NCBI GenBank assembly: GCA_020891255.1 | Contig: BQFW01000002.1 | Span: 992,001 to 1,056,000 of the forward strand | DNA from: Entomortierella parvispora E1425 | Taxonomy: Eukaryota; Fungi; Mortierellomycota | DNA: 64,000 nt | Direction: 5' to 3' | Part shown: positions 63,353 to 64,000 of the stretch, piece by piece | Layout: the number at the start of each line of letters is the position of its first letter | Numbering within the stretch: the first letter of the stretch is position 1 | Program-made: the position numbers and the translations under genes | The notes under the pieces: model-generated | What the model was told of the DNA's origin: nothing | The model's input: the letters and a program-made list of their open reading frames with translations, nothing else | The model's database searches: none

Positions 63353-64000
63353 AAGTAAAAAACGCAGACGGGAGTTTAGATGGGAGTTTAGACGGCAAAG
63401 AGGACAATATATATATCAAAACAAATCATCACAGAAAGCTCGATGGGTCTAGGGCGTGCCTACCAAAACGAGGCAATTTGCCTAGGAATGAACTGAACAG
63501 AGCAGACCAATGTGTGGGCCAGAAAGTATTGGCCTTTTTTATGATTGTGTTGCAGCGGTTTTCCTCATTATCATCATATGTTCAATTAATCATCCAAGCA
63601 ACGCCTTGCTGCGGGCGACATGTTGCACTCTTGCACCAAAACGATTTGTTCGCTTTGAGTGTTGGCTGCGGGAGACACAGTTCCAGAATCGGTGGTGCCT
63701 GCTCAGCAGTTTTTTTTTTAACAAACGATCGTCGGGCAAAGTAAACAAGAGAGGAGTAGTGCGGTTCGACCGCTCGTTCGTCCACTCGTTGCGCACAGCC
63801 CGGAGAGCACTTCCCTCTCTCGTGAAACAAGCAAGAAATCAAAACGGACACTTTCTGGGATCGACCTTTCTGCGGGGCGAATCCAGTTGCATGTGCTTTT
63901 CGTTTTGGGAGGAGATATTATTTCCGAAGACAACCCAAGTTCATTTCCTCTGCGGTACACAGTGAACAGACCCATGTGCAAGAACTGGCAGGGGGAGGGG

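Overview
Eukaryotic, intron-rich fungal genomic DNA. Intron density, CTRAC branch points, homopolymer/microsatellite-rich intergenic DNA and gene content (exportin-7, YABBY-like HMG, gelsolin) suggest an early-diverging fungus, probably Mucoromycota/Mortierellaceae (inference). I support about 18 protein genes: G1 cyclin, MCT-family MFS transporter, YABBY-like HMG protein, a 10-exon uncharacterised gene, exportin-7, tetra-ubiquitin, gelsolin-like protein, CoA-binding Rossmann protein, proline iminopeptidase, 5'-nucleotidase, a C2H2 protein, alkaline ceramidase, an RE/RD-repeat protein, a TBC Rab-GAP, a forkhead TF, an Nrg1-like TF and FHIT, plus one unresolved small gene. I saw no tRNA, rRNA, CRISPR array or transposon. 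The most striking signal is three micro-exons (3, 5 and 6 nt). Each is needed to rebuild a conserved enzyme motif, each is followed by the same GTAAGG donor, and none is visible in the ORF track. All gene models were spliced by hand and have no transcript or database confirmation.
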